Shown in pieces: positions 30,026-43,330 of a stretch of DNA of 64,000 nucleotides; positions within the stretch are counted from its first letter, which is position 1; each line of letters begins with the position of its first letter. The translations under genes and the position numbers were made by a program. The notes beneath the pieces are model-generated. The model was not told the origin of the DNA, ran no database searches, and saw only the letters and a program-made list of their open reading frames with translations. The DNA comes from Amoebophrya sp. A120 (lineage: Eukaryota > Protista > Dinoflagellata), in assembly GCA_905178155.1 (NCBI GenBank), contig CAJINV010000008.1, forward strand, positions 1,984,001 through 2,048,000, written 5' to 3'.

Positions 30026-32671
30026 CGAAAATGGCTCGAGGACACGCCGCGCCTCGAAATTCCTGGGCACAGATAGGCAAAACCAAAGATATGGACTCGC
30101 TGGCTGACTCTGTGAAGAGACGCTTAGTTGACGCCATGCAAGATACTGGATCAAGGCGCCTTTGACTGTGCGCTGCTACAAAAAGAATGTATTCACTTTA
30201 CAGCAGATCTTGGTGGCGATGCCGGCCCGTCACGGGGAGACGTGGGCTTGCGAGCTGCGCAACTGAGACGATGTTCCTAAGGTACTTGCATTCGGGCAGT
30301 GACGAGCCGTGAGAAAATAGGCACCCTACGTGAGCAAGCGTCTCTCTGGAACAGCGAGACGCGAGAGTGTGAGTGAGCGGCTATAAAACGTTCGATAAAG
30401 ACAAGGGCGGGCCGCGCGATTTAGTGTTGAAAAGCCTCGAGCGATGCGCACACCTGCGCCCCGCTGCGTCGTGCGCAGAGCCGCCCGACAAGGCTGGCAG
30501 AGCGTTGCAGATCGCCGCGACGCGGCTAACCGGTCTGGCGCTCTGCTGCCCAGCGGAGTGCTTCAGCAACCTGCTCAGTTTCGCGAGTGGATTGCAAAGA
30601 AGTTGAAAAGTAAGCGGGGCCGCGCTCCGTCCGAATGGGACGGGCGCCAAGCCCGGCGCCCCCGGGAGTGCGCGCGGCTTGGCGGCCCTGCGCGGTCCAG
30701 CGCGCCCGGGCGGCGGGGGGCGGCTTTCGACTTTACTCGGCAGGAGCGCGCCGCAGGTTTCGAAAGCGCCCGCCGCGGGGTCTGCGGCTTACCTCAATGC
30801 CCTGCTCTTGGCCACGTGGGCGCCAATACTCTGCCGGGGGGAGAGGCAGGACTTGGCGAATCTCGCGGCGGAGCACGGCGCGGAACCTCTGCGCCCGGGC
30901 CTCGCCGGCCGAGCGGCAGCCAATAGGCCGCCGCACCGCAGCGACCGGCTGGGCTTTGCGAGTGGGCGCGCGTGGCTCTTGTGCGTGGCTCCTGTGCGCG
31001 CAGCTCTCGCGCGTAGCAATGCCGGCGCGTGGCTCTTGTGCGCGCCCGGCCACTGGATGGCGCACGGCAAGGCCGCAAGTAGGCCCTTCCACCAATGCGG
31101 CCGGGGCAGGAGGGGTCTCAAGCCTTCTCTCCCCGGATGCATGCACTCACGAAGAAAGGCCAGCTGGGGCTCGGACCGTTGCGCTGCCACTTTCTCTCGC
31201 GGATTGTGGTCGAGCTGATCTGACATCGCGGGAGTCTCGCGACACCCATGGCGCGATCGTTCATCCTGAGCGTCCTGCTACGGAGGTGACACTGATGGCC
31301 TTGAGAATGGTGGGGCTGGCCTGCGACGTCGGGCTATCGCCTCTATTAGGGGTTTTGTGCTACGCAATGCGCACTGCTCTGATCTTTGTGCGGTCCGAGG
31401 GGCGTATGCTGGATTCGTCAGCCATTCACGCGGCGACGCTGCCATCAGGGAGACGTCAGTACATATGGGCCCCCGCTCGTGGTTTGCCTGAAGCCGTGGC
31501 CTTGCGGCGGGAGCGGCCGGGGGCTGCCCCACTTGGCCGATGTCGCAGACCCTTGGCGGGCGGAGGTTGTGGAGCTTGGGACGGCAGGCGGGGGGCAACA
31601 GGGCGAAGGCCATGACTTGCGCCAGGAGGGCACTGGCCGGCGGGGAGATCCCGCGGGCCCCACTCTGGGGGTGCTACGAGTGGCGTTGTACAACAGCGGG
31701 CACTTGGGCTCCTGCTTGCCAAGTCCGCGCGTGAGTTTCTTACTGGCCTGCTCTTCCCAAGGGTATAGGGAGACTGACGCCCCGGAGGACCTCGAGAAAA
31801 CCACGAAGCTCTTCCACAGTGTGAGAGCCAAGACGTTTGCTAATTATTCTGCCCAAGCCCTGGCGCGCCGGCCGCGCTTTTCCTAGGGAACTCGCCGACG
31901 ACCGATCTCCGACGAGGCGGCGGCGATAACCACTCTGACAAAGGGCGCGCAACGCTTTGCGGCACTTCGTGCGGCGCCGGGGAAAATCGGCCCCGTCGGG
32001 CCGCGAGGCCGCCCGCGCGCGGGAGGGGCGCGGCGGGGCCAGACACGGGGGGCGGCGCCCCTCGCAGTTAAATGCTCGGGCAGAACGCCCGGGCGCTGCC
32101 GCGCAACCGCCCCGGCCCTAGCTTGATCGCTTCGGCCCCTCTCGTGTTTGCATTCGGCGCGGCCTGCTCTGCCAGACCGGGGCGAATTTCCGCGCCGCCA
32201 TTTCCGCTTTGGAAAGTGTCTCGGCGTTTTGGTCGGCCCACCGTGTTTCTTCCGGCCGGCGAATAATTGCTAGTGAATTGGTGCGCGGACTTGGTGGAGA
32301 CGACGAAGTGAGCTGGAGTTTGGTCCGGTTGGTGTTCCGATGAATGTGTATACTGCTTTCAAGTGATGAAACCGTCCTAACTTGATGATGCGGCCAACCC
32401 GCTTGAAGAGAGGCACGCAGCTGAGCGAGAAGAAAACGAGCCATACTGTCTGAGCGCTGCAGCCACACCAACGACAAAAAAAATGCACTTGAGGGAGATT
32501 CGGTAAGTGTCCAGATCACGTGGACCTCTTGGCTCCTGTTGAAGCTTCTGCTCCAATACTACGAATTCACTCACATAGACTAGATACGCGGCTCGACCTC
32601 GTCTGTATAGAAAAATCCTCTCAATCATGTAGACTCCCACAGACGCGCGCGCCAGAACACCCACGAATTCG

Positions 32672-35129
32672 ATGGCGCGGTCGGGCACGTGGTTCTGGCG
32701 CGTGGTAGCGGCGCTAGCGGTCGTCGCGCGCGCCAAGCGCCGGCACGAGCGACGCGACGTTGTGTCCGACATCAAGGAAGAACTCGCAGGAACACCAGAA
32801 CACGAAGAATTTCGTCCTGCAGTACCTGCGGCTCCCGCTTCTGACGTACAACACCAAGAGCAACTACATCCAAAACCACCCACAGCACCTCATCCTGGCA
32901 CGGGAACAGCAGCTACCGGATTCTCTCTGCAGAAGCTCCTTAGCCCGCAGCGCCTGCTCCCCCAAAGTCGAAAAAATAAACCTTCCTTTCTTCAGCAGTT
33001 CGTGACCGCGGCGATCGGGGGCCCAGGCGCCGCGCAAAAAGTATCCAGCACCTCTGGAGCGGATGCGGACCAAGATTCGACTGTGGAGGAGGACAGTAGC
33101 TGGACGCTTTTGAACGAGAGGGACGTCTGCCGGTGTGACCAATGCAGCGTTCTGCAGCGGTTTCCGAGCGAGGTGTTCTCCAACGTGAACCTGAAGTGCG
33201 GGCCGACGGCAGGTTCGCCAACGGGCGGCCACGAGCCGGCGTTCTTTGCCCGGGGTGCCGCCGCGGCCGCGAACACCGGTCGTGCCAGCCTCGGCCCGAG
33301 CACCGGAGGAGGGTCGTCTTTTTCCTTCCTCGCGTCGGCGTTTTCCGGCGCCTCCACGGTTGCGCGCGACTCCTCGGAGTGCCGCAGCATGAGCTCGCGG
33401 ACGGTACTGGAAACGCCGGTCGGGTCGTACGTCAACCTCCAGCGCCACTGCTTCTACGAGTGCCAACCCGCACAGGGATTCCGAGCCAGTCCGTTGAATT
33501 CAGCGGTACTGTTTATGAAGTGCTGTTTTGATCTTGCGAACGCGATGAAGTTATAGAAGTTGTTCTCTTCGTTTGACAAAAAGCTGCATGAGGAGCTCCA
33601 CCACGTGCGAAAAGGATCAGGCTTGTTTATAAACTCAAATCTATTTTCTTTGCAGTGCGTCGCGCTGACGGAGACGGAAGTTGCGACGCTGCGCCCAGGT
33701 AAGGATCCGGCTTTTCTACTTGTCGACGCGGAGGAGAGGAAGCAGGAGCAGCAGAAGATGCTTCTTCTCGCATCTTCGTCCTCGTCGCGTAAGAAAATCG
33801 CGCCGGCCGATGTGGTGGCCAACGCCAAGAAGACGGCCGCGGAGACCGGGGGCGAGTCGGAGAACGCGTTGGCAGACTCGCATGCGACGGTGAAAAAGCA
33901 CGAAGCAGGTGGGGGAGCCAACTTCGGCGAGAACGTGGCTGTCGCGTTTGCGCTACCCTGTGCAAAAGTATCGTACTCGTAGTAATTGCAGTCATGCATT
34001 ACAAATCTTTTCCGTTAGGTAAATCCGCATTATGCTGAGAAAATTTGTAATGCATTTATACGAGTGCGATACTTTTGCAATTGATATGCGCAAATGGTCC
34101 ACGAGGCGGAGGCTGCGGCCAACGAGGCCACAGAAGCCGCCGCGGAAACAACGAAGACCATGGACGCAATATGTGACGAGGTAGGAGATTTTGTTTTGTG
34201 TCTACAGGGGCACTGACGCTCGGTTTGGTCTGGTTGGATCTTTTTGATAGCCTCTCAATATGTTTTTCTGCAGGCAAATTCCACCTACGAACTCCAAGTG
34301 CGCTCGTTAGGTAAGTACTTACCGTCACTATGCATGAAGTTGTTGTCTCCTATGATTACGACTAGGCCCGCGCCGCCGCAGTTGGCAAAGGCAAAGCCCT
34401 GATCGCCAGTTTGTCGACGGAGGAGAAAGAAGCGGCAGCCAAAGCCGCTGCGTACAAGGCAAAACTGGCCAACACGCCGTCCGCAAAAGCAAAAGTGGCG
34501 ATGGACAAAGCGGCCCAGCCCTTCTTCGACCAGATGACTGGGGCGCAGGCGCGGGCACGGGACTACTCAACCCTCGCAGACCAGAAGGCGGGCAAGGCCG
34601 TCGAGCTCGAGAAGGAAGCGCGGGATCTGGAGAAAGAGGCAAATCAATTGAATAAGGACGGAGACAGGTACTCATACAGGCTCGCGTGTTGTTTCGGCAC
34701 TACGTGAATGCGCAGCTAGAACTAAGCCTACATCATGTTGGTAAAACTGCACAGCGCATGTTTGTAACTCGTGCTTCGGGATGAGAAAAGAATTCCCGGC
34801 ACTACAACGTATTGCAAGAACATCGTGTAACTAAAGAATATACAATTTTCAGGGTCGGCGCGTCGCAGACCATTGCGGTGGCCACAGAGAAGTGGGAGGA
34901 GGGGCAGCGACTGGCGAAGAAGGCTGAGGAACTCCGGACGCAGGCCAGAGATATCAACGCTTTGGTACCGCAGTACCAGCACGCCGGCACGGTGGCCGGC
35001 GCGCTGGCGGCACAAGCCGCAAACCCAGCATTCGCGGCGCCGCCGCATATTCTGCCCCCGCCGCCACCAGACCCCATGGCCAGCTGGTCGGGCCCGGATC
35101 CGATGGCGCAATTTCATCGAAGTCCATGA
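32672..35129 (+). CDS. Hypothetical secreted protein (Cys domain + Ala-rich coiled coil), 6 exons
   Basis: Signal peptide MARSGTWFWRVVAALAVVA, CRCDQC..LKC..HCFYECQP, helical C-terminus; four GT-AG introns plus one TIR intron. Confidence 0.7.
33954..34086. mobile_element. Introner family F
   Basis: TIR TGCAAAAGTATCG(T/C)ACTCGTA; perfect TSD TGCGC; excision gives VAFAQMVHEAE. Confidence 0.9.
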
Positions 35130-36062
35130 AGCAGCTACGCATCGGCTTCGGTTCGCCCTTAAAATTACACCTGGACGTATCTACGGTTTTTTTTCCATTC
35201 CAGGACGTCCTCAACAAAACGGTATCAACGAAGATTATATGATCCGCACGCGACAGAAAAAAGCGCAAAAGTAGGCCGCCGTGAGGCCGCCGTGAGGACG
35301 AGGGGCCGTCCAGTGCCCTGCGTTCCTGGCGAAGATGCCGAATCATCTGCTCGGGGTGTTCGAGTGAAAGGCCCCTCTTTTTGGATGTCAGTTTGCTAAG
35401 AACCTGAGAGTCGAGTTCGCAAAAAGTGTCACATTTACTAGCAGAAATAGGTACGTGAACAACAATAAAGCGTAGCTGCGAACAAATTTTCTCGGCACCG
35501 TCGTGCCTGTGCGGTGCCAAACTGTTAGGATGATCCTGCTTTTCCTCACTGGTGCTTCTACTTAACACGTCGCGCCCGGGACATTTTTCACATGATTCGG
35601 ATTTCCTTTTCCATATCGACAAAGCAGGTTCTTTTATTCCGATCGTTCACCTTGGTTTTCCTACTCGGATGTTTCAAAGCAAAGACAAAGAAGGCCAGAA
35701 GCTGCTTCCTGTGACGCAGATAAAATCCACCTAGTGCTGGAGAAAGCGGGCACCAGTATTCTTTTTTACAACCACCTCCTTCAACGTTATTACGACTTTC
35801 GTATATATCAAGATGTCAATAGCAGGCTCACGAACGGCGACACTTTTTGCGGCAAACAGGCTGGTTTGCACGCCTGTCTCCCCAGACACAGCCAAGTAGT
35901 TGCCAAGCGGTGATCGCACGGCGACAAACGCCGCGGAGAAGCACACGGGGAAAGCGTGGAGTTTTCGATAGCTTGCTTCGCGGTTACTTACACACGGACA
36001 GGCGCCGCGCGGCTGGGAGCTATAGTTCTTGAGAGAGCAACATCTTCAGGAAAGAGCGCTCT

Positions 36063-39000
36063 ATGCCCGCGTCGGCGGTAGCGTCGCACTCAAGCATGCT
36101 GGGCACCAGTTCTTCGTCGTCCAGCGATGGCGTCCGCAAGGAGCTGCTGGACGTGTTGTCGGAAGTAAAAACGCGGGTGATGGACACCGTGGGCAGCGTC
36201 GATTTCCCCATGCCGCAATTTATCCTGATCGGGAAGCAAAGTGTCGGAAAATCAAGAATAATAGAAACGCTGGCGGTATGCAAGCAACTCTATAACTTTT
36301 TAAGTGTAGAAGTTTTGGCGCTAGGTCGCGAAAACAAATCTGCTTCCCTTGTCGGTTACATTGTTTGCCTTACCTGATAATGTACTGAGAATGTAACCAG
36401 TGATCATGAATGTATGAATGCTCCTCAACTTACTTCCCACGTGGTTTCAGGGCGAGACCTTCAATTTTGTCTCCGGGACGCTCGGTTCGCGGCGTCCGAC
36501 GGTGCTCGAGTTTCGCAATGTGCCCCATTCCAAGCAAAGCAAGTGGAGCGTGCTGGACAAACAAAGCAACCGGTGGCAGGAGCACCCGGTGTCCCGCGTC
36601 ATGGAGCTGCTGGGCGAGGCACACGAATCGCTGGGGGCCAGTATCAGCGACCAGCCGGTGAATGTCAAGCTCGAGTCCCCCAGCTGCGTGGACATGCAAA
36701 TCGTGGACCTGCCCGGGTTCCGCGAGTTCGCGCTGGACGAAGAAAAGCAGCGGCTCGCGGACGCGATCGAGCGCCTGTATTACAATGAAAAATGCCCCCA
36801 CCCCCGAACTTGGGAGCATTTGTATTGCGAACCTTTCCAGAGGAAGCATTCGCCCTCTTGCATCTATCAGCATCACAGACTTCCAATCGTGAATGGCAAA
36901 AATTTGTATTGCAAAAGATCCCAGCAAGAGCGGCGCTTGTCATGCAAGCGATGCGATATACGCCTAGACCCTGCATCAGAAAGATTATACCCCTTCCATG
37001 CATGGCAAAAACTTTTCATTTGGAAACTTCGCATCAGAAATTTTTGCAACTGTGGGGGCGGTGGGGGCATTTTTCACTGTAATAGCCTGGTCACCCGGTT
37101 CATGGAGGACAAGCGGAACGTGATGCTGTGCGTCGAGCAGGCGGGCGACGCGGCAAATTTGGGAACCTTGAACAAGTGCAAAAAAATCGACCCAAACTTC
37201 GACCGCACGATCCTGATACGGAACAAGCTGGACAAGTAAGTAATACTAAAAATATCCGCTGGGCGGGTCTGTAGTTGTAGTGGTGTTGCTTCATCTATTT
37301 CAACATCGAATCCTTCTTCATCACAATAAACATTGAAGCTTCATGCTGACGTTGTTGAATTTGTCGTCCTCGCCTTGAATTCTTCGTCTACAGCGACGGC
37401 GGAGCTGTACGGGCGGGTCTTGTAAATTAAGTACTCCTGGTGCCCCCACAACAGGTTCTACCGCGACCTGACCCCGGAGAACGTCAACGACTGGCTGGAG
37501 GGTTTTGGCGACCTGCCAAAAAACCTGGAAAAGTTTGCCCTCACCTGTCCGCACTGGCAGGAGGGCCTGGACCAGCCGCCAGAAGGCTTTTCCACCCTGC
37601 GCGCGAAGATGAACGACTATCCCAGAGGAAAAAGGCTATCATAGCATAACAACGTTTTATTGCAAAAATATATAAACACTTACGGATTTTTTTTTGCACC
37701 CCGTTGATCCCGAACAGCACAGCAGGGACCGCCCAGAAGAAGTTTTGCTCGGTTTTTCTTGTCTTTGCATAAGATTATAAATAGAAATGCCACACGATGT
37801 TAGGTTTTTTCTCTGGGATGAAAAGAAGGATGTGCAGATAATAAACGACCTCGGGGTCGGGGACCGGCTGAAGGAGACGGTCGGCTACGCACAGTTCGCG
37901 AAAGCGATGGAAAACCGCATTGAGGAGATGTTTGCGGACGCGATCGGCCCCGTTTTGAAGAAGCTGCGGGAAATATCCTGCGTAAAAACGTCCCCACACC
38001 AGAGTCAGGATGGGGATTTTGCAACACAAGCCTAGGAGTTTTGTGAGTCACGCATGACAAGTTGCACTCCGCAGTGTAGTGCAGGTTAGCAAGTGCAGCC
38101 GCATCACATGTTCATCTGCTCATCCTGTTCACAGCGTCACAAATTCCAAAACACGATTGGCAATGGCTCTCATGGGGATGCGCATTACAAGTCTTTCTGT
38201 CTTTGCAAATCTGCATTACAGCTCTGGCGTGGGGACGTTTTTACCCAGGATAGGAAATGAAGGACAGCATACAGGAGAAGAAATCTAACATGGAAGAGGA
38301 AATCTCGCACACCAACCCCAGCCAAATCTTGAACAGCGTGCGCGAGGCGGGGATGAGCTTCGGCCACGCGTTGAACCACGTGATGGAAGGGTATGTGCGG
38401 AGCGACATGGGCCGAATAACCTTGGAGGAGGAGCTGCGGCAGTTCCACGCAAGCTACAACAGGAACGGAGGTAAGACAGTAGGAGCGCTGTTGAAAAAAA
38501 ATTTGTCGCGGTCGTATGTGTTGGTCCACCTTAGTTTGATGCCTTGACTCGTCTCAGGATCATCTCAGCTGGCATTTGTAAAGAACGAGCCGCTTCTAAC
38601 TTCGTGGCAGAGGACCCCACGAATTTAATACAATCGACATGTAGTCAAGAAACCACAACATCATTTTTATCAGCTGACAAGGACTTCGCGCTGCTTCCCT
38701 CCGAAGACTTTCAGAACATAGACGACTACATCACGTGTTTGCGCGAAGAGCTAAAAGTTCCCGCTATGGACGTGGAGATCAACGGCGGGGCGCAGTTTCG
38801 ACGCCTCATGTTCGAGGTCGAAGTTTTCTGCAGGTAGAGCGAGATTACTGTTGTTCGGGCCTACTTCTTGTCCCCGCGGGACAGATTTTTAATGAAAACG
38901 ACCCAGAACAATTGACTGGAGGTGCAAATACAACTATTGTTCTGGCCAGGAAGAAGTAGAAGCAAATAAGACAATAAAATACGGTTTTTTGTTCATCGGG

Positions 39001-41148
39001 AGCGATGTCACTTCGTATTCACCGAGCACCATCGAAAGAATCAAAAACAAATTTAGGTTTGCGGAGATTTGCGTGGAAACCAAAAAGAAGGACGTAATCC
39101 AGGCCCGGGGTGTGGCCATGCAGTCCCTGACGTGGCGGGATGTAGTGGTCAAGCTGCTCTCCATATCCAGGAAAAAAAGTGTGTAAGTGTAACTTTCTTT
39201 GAGAAACAGCATCACAAATTTGCTCTACATGACAGATAAAACCTGTCACGCATGGCTTGTAAGGGAAAACACACATGAAGAGAGGACTTCATGGCTGTCT
39301 GGCATGACAGGTGTAATTCTGTTGCATGTTCTGCATTACACGCAGTTTTTTTCTTGCACACTCCAACGAAGCCCACCTGCCCATGAAGAAGCGGGTGCGG
39401 TACGTGGGGGAGCGAATCAAGTGGTTTTTCCAAACGCAGAAGGACGTCATCGTAGACTTCATGAAAAGCTTGAAAGGCAGCGCGGACGAGCACATGTATA
39501 GTTTTTTGTTCGTTGTGGAAAGATTCGAATTTTACCGTGTGTTGTTCCGCGCCTTTGATGCGATGTTTCTTTTTGCGTGACGAGTTTGTACTGCACTATC
39601 ATGAGGCGATAGAAGTAGGAAAGAGCGGGTACTAATAAAATTTTCACCTCCACGATCGCTACTCTCAGGTACTCAACGCTGTACTCGAAAACGGTCGCCA
39701 TCATCGAAAACAATGAGATGGTGAAGAACCTGGTTTACGAGACCTTCGACCGGGCGGTGGAGCGGCAATTGTCGCAGTTCATCGAGCTCTTCGACAACAC
39801 ACTGGCTTCGACCTTCAGCAACCCCTGGGTTTTCCTGAAGCGGGCGTCGACCCAGTTGGACGAAGGGTCCCTGGAGGACGTCTGTCTACCCAGCTTCGAG
39901 GACACCAAGGAAAGAATACCGTCGGAAATAGAGTCCCGTAGCGGAATCGATACTATTCTGCAGAAGTGGCTCGCGAGTACTTAGAATATAAGTCAATGAT
40001 TTGTTCAAAAGATAAAGATTGTAGAGGTTTTTACAAATTTCTTCTCCCTGGGTGCAGTTTGTACAAGCATGCGAAAAAGATAAACACGATCTTGCTCCTC
40101 CACCCAGAGCCAGAGCAAGAACCGGGAACAACACGTACATGACCGTAATCCGACATCAGCAAACGATTACTGTGTCTGTTCGTACATGTTTTAACAAGGT
40201 ATTCCGCAAGAGCCGTCGATGATTGACGATGCAGTGGACAAGGCCCAGATGCTGCTGCTGAAGACGTTCCAATTCATCCGCGCCCAGGTGGCGGACCAGA
40301 TCGAGCTCTTCGCGGAGAGTTTCTTCAAACTCCCCATGATGAGGCGTTTGGAGGAGGACATGGCCTCCATCGAGCTTTCCGATATGGACCGCGAGGGGCA
40401 TATGAATGTGTCAGGATCGAAATCGACAAAATCGAAAAATTTGTGATGCATAAAATGTAGGGCACTGGAGGCCTGTATTGGGGAGCAGGCAAATGAGGCC
40501 GATTGTAAGCCTGTTTAGGGGTGTGCAATGTGCTGCCAGAGTAGCATGACAGGAGCAGCCTTCTTTGCCCAAACAGCATGACAGACCGGATTTGAGTGCT
40601 CCCGAAATTTGTCATGCGCCACTTACAAACTGAGGCGCCAACTGGTATCGATTTTATGCATCGCAAGTTTTTCGATTTTGTCAATTTAGATTCTGGCCCT
40701 TCCATAGGGCACGCCGCGCGGCTGGAAGCGCTGCAGCTGGAGTTCGACACGGTGTGCCAGGAGTTCGACGCGGTGGGCGACAGTATCGAAAAGCTGCAGA
40801 CTATGGAACTGTCAGGATTGAAATCGTCAAAGTTGGAATAGTTTGTCATGCATAAAATGCAACGCAGAAAATGCCTGTCTTGCAGAGTAGGCAAGGAAGG
40901 CAGATTGTAAGCCTGTTTCGGGGTAGAAATAGAGCTGCTCAAGTAGCATGACAAAAGGCGTCTTCCTTACCCAAACAGCATTACAAACTGGATTGCGACT
41001 CTACTCAAATTTGTCATGCGTCGCTGAGAAGTTGGGCTTGCAACTGGTAACGATTTTATGCATTAACTTTGTCGATTTCAACTCTGACACATCCATACAG
41101 ACCTTCGCGCTGAAGGCACAGTCCAAGCTGCGGTCCAGGAAAAGGTGA
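36063..41148 (+). CDS. Dynamin-related GTPase (DRP5/ARC5-Dlp-like), 13 exons
   Basis: G1 GKQSVGKS, G2 GSRRPTVLE, G3 DLPGF, G4 NKLD; helical stalk and coiled C-terminus; six GT-AG and six TIR introns all join in frame to TGA at 41146-41148. Confidence 0.85.
36778..37084. mobile_element. Introner family C in dynamin gene
   Basis: TIR TATTACA(A/G)TGAAAAATGCCCCCACC; perfect TSD GCCTG; excision gives AIERLVTRFMED. Confidence 0.93.
37618..37820. mobile_element. Introner family G (aged) in dynamin gene
   Basis: TIR (T/C)ATCCCAGAG.AAAAA; same TIR as 51791-52000; TSD decayed; element+5 nt excision gives KMNDKDVQII. Confidence 0.75.
37974..38252. mobile_element. Introner family D in dynamin gene
   Basis: TIR TATCCTG.GTAAAAACGTCCCCAC.CCAGAG; perfect TSD GGAAA; excision gives KLREMKDSIQ; closely similar to 49409 and 58570 copies. 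Confidence 0.93.
39164..39360. mobile_element. Introner family H in dynamin gene
   Basis: Imperfect TIR TATCCAGGAAAAAAAGTG; perfect TSD CTCCA; excision gives KLLSNEAHLP. Confidence 0.85.
40401..40706. mobile_element. Introner family E in dynamin gene
   Basis: Long imperfect TIR (GACAAAATCGAAAAA.TTG.GATGCATAAAAT); perfect TSD GGGCA; excision gives REGHAARLE. Confidence 0.9.
40802..41097. mobile_element. Introner family E, second copy
   Basis: Homologous to 40401-40706; perfect TSD CAGAC; excision gives KLQTFALKAQ. Confidence 0.9.
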
Positions 41149-42205
41149 AGATAAAAGGAGCACTTCGTCGGGACGGAGTAGTCACGTGCGGTGCTGGGAA
41201 GATGACCGAGGTTGCTCTTGCTTCGTCCATCTATTGGAAAGTGAAAACTTGCCGATGCCCCCACCGCGGGTTTTGTTCAAGATGCTCTTGCAAGGAAACT
41301 GCAAAAGAAAGTCGCGGATTGATCGACATCGCGAAGGAGCATCGCAAAATCAAGATGTTGTTGCCCGTAAGATTAAGAAGATAAGCATCAAACAAATCTG
41401 AGTATCGCAGCAGGGCGTGCGGAGACCTGCGACAGCCATGGCTGAAGAACAAGTATAAACTCTCAAACAATTGCGAAAAAAAGAGCGCATGTATTGAAAT
41501 CTGCGAACCGAGAAGGTCATGACATGCTCGCCACACTGTGGAAAAAAAGCCTCCCTGTGCCATCTGTTCTCGAGCTTCTTGATCGGACCAAAATTATGGA
41601 TGAAGTTCGTTGAAAGAAAATGTTCCAAATGCAGGAAAGCAGAAAGGCGCCATCGAGCGCTTCACTTCGTTAACCACTCAGATCAAAATGCCAAATTGAC
41701 ACTCTTTGTGATGCCGGGCGAAAAATGAACGGACGAACCGAGATCAGTTTTTCTTGTGCAAATTGGTTCTTTTCTATTTTGCTGCATGTTTCACTTTCAC
41801 TCTTTTTGTCGTTCGCCACAGGACACTAAGAAGGAGTATTGAGCAGAGGGCCTACTCAGCTAGAAGAAGCATTAGGACAGGAAAACTTTCCAGCGCCGAC
41901 CTTCGTTCCGATCTTGATAGATTTATTTACACCAAATTTATTTCGCCATCACCTAGTAGAGCCATTTTTACAGGGACAACTACCTTCTTTGTTTTCTTTT
42001 CCCTATAAGCAACGCACCACGAGCGGCGTTTCAAGACTCCCGAGTTGTAAGGCATCCCCACCGACCAGCCTGCTGCTCGACCGCGAGCCGCAGCGAAACA
42101 GTCGGCGCATAAGTAGTACCTTTCTACAACTAGCGTGGCGCAACTGCTGCAAAGCCAGGGACCGCTCAATCAGGGAGCTGACGGCCTTCGCGACACGACG
42201 GGAAA

Positions 42206-42889
42206 ATGGGCGACAGAAGGCCACGCGGCCGGGGCAGAGAGCATGATGACGACAGGTATTTAATGATGATTCTGGTTGGCACAGAAGCAAAAGTGGCACA
42301 GACAACTTGTCAAGTTGCGGTTGCAATGAAAAAGAGTCCCTGTAGTTCTTCTAAGTAGTCGAGTAGTACCTCCAATTTCAAAAAAAACAAGGTATACCGG
42401 CGAGTCAGGAAAATTTGAAAGACTCCACGATGACGACGATGACGCGTGCAAATCAATAGAAGGCTGGGTCATCGTGATCAGTGGCATCCACGAGGAGACA
42501 CAGGAGGAAGACCTGTACGAAAGGTTCTCCGACTTTGGCAGCATCAAAAACATTCACCTAAACCTCGACCGAAAAACGGGGTATGTGAAAGGTATTGTAA
42601 CTAGAATATATTACTTTTTTGATGCAGGTTTTTGATTGTATGTGTGCATCAGCATCTACAGCTGCCCGAAACGGCGAGAAGAGTTGTCCTTCTCTACTAG
42701 CATATTACGTTGACAAACTACTCACTCCCAGGCTACTGCTTTCTCGAGTACCAGGAGAAAGAAGAGGCTATGGAAGCTATCAAAAATGCGCACGGCGACA
42801 AGCTCCTCGGCGCCACCATGACCGTCAGCTGGGCCTTCCAGAAGAAAGACACTGGTGACAAACCAAGGAAAAAAGCAAGGCGACACTAA
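42206..42889 (+). CDS. RBM8A: RNA-binding protein 8A / Y14 (exon junction complex), 3 exons
   Basis: KSIEGWVIVISGIHEETQEEDLYERFSDFGSIKNIHLNLDRKTGYVKGYCFLEY..VSWAF; two GT-AG introns; missing from the ORF track. Confidence 0.93.
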
Positions 42890-43330
42890 ACTACAGATTT
42901 GCAGTTCTTGGACACACGACCGGCAGATGCTGCACTGAGACTGATGTGGCAGGAGCTGTGTGTAGAAGTGATACAGTAAAAAAAGCCAAAGCGAAATTTG
43001 AGCAAGAGCAAACAAAAGCGTCTTCGGGACGTTTTGCTAGCGTTGATGGCGCTGTTCTTCTTCTAACATAATTTGCCGTGTGCGGTTTCTCTCAATTATG
43101 CTTCTTTTGCGTCCTTCCAAGATTGAAGTGTTGTTTTGAAAATTTTTCTCTTTCCAGCACCTGCTGTCACTTGCGCGCGCCTGGGTTTAATAAAGGAGCG
43201 AGCACACTACAACGTCAGTTTTCTTACGCACAGGTGCTCGTCTGTTTTGGACTTCGATTCGTCTTTCGTAGAATTCCAACTGAATATTGTGAAAAAAGAT
43301 TGGACCTTCCTCGCTGCTCGCGGCAAAATA

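Noticed and set aside
40325-40954. 209-aa minus-strand ORF with an internal repeat
   Set aside because: It spans two homologous family E elements antisense to dynamin, so the repeat is explained by the elements; it is not a transposase.
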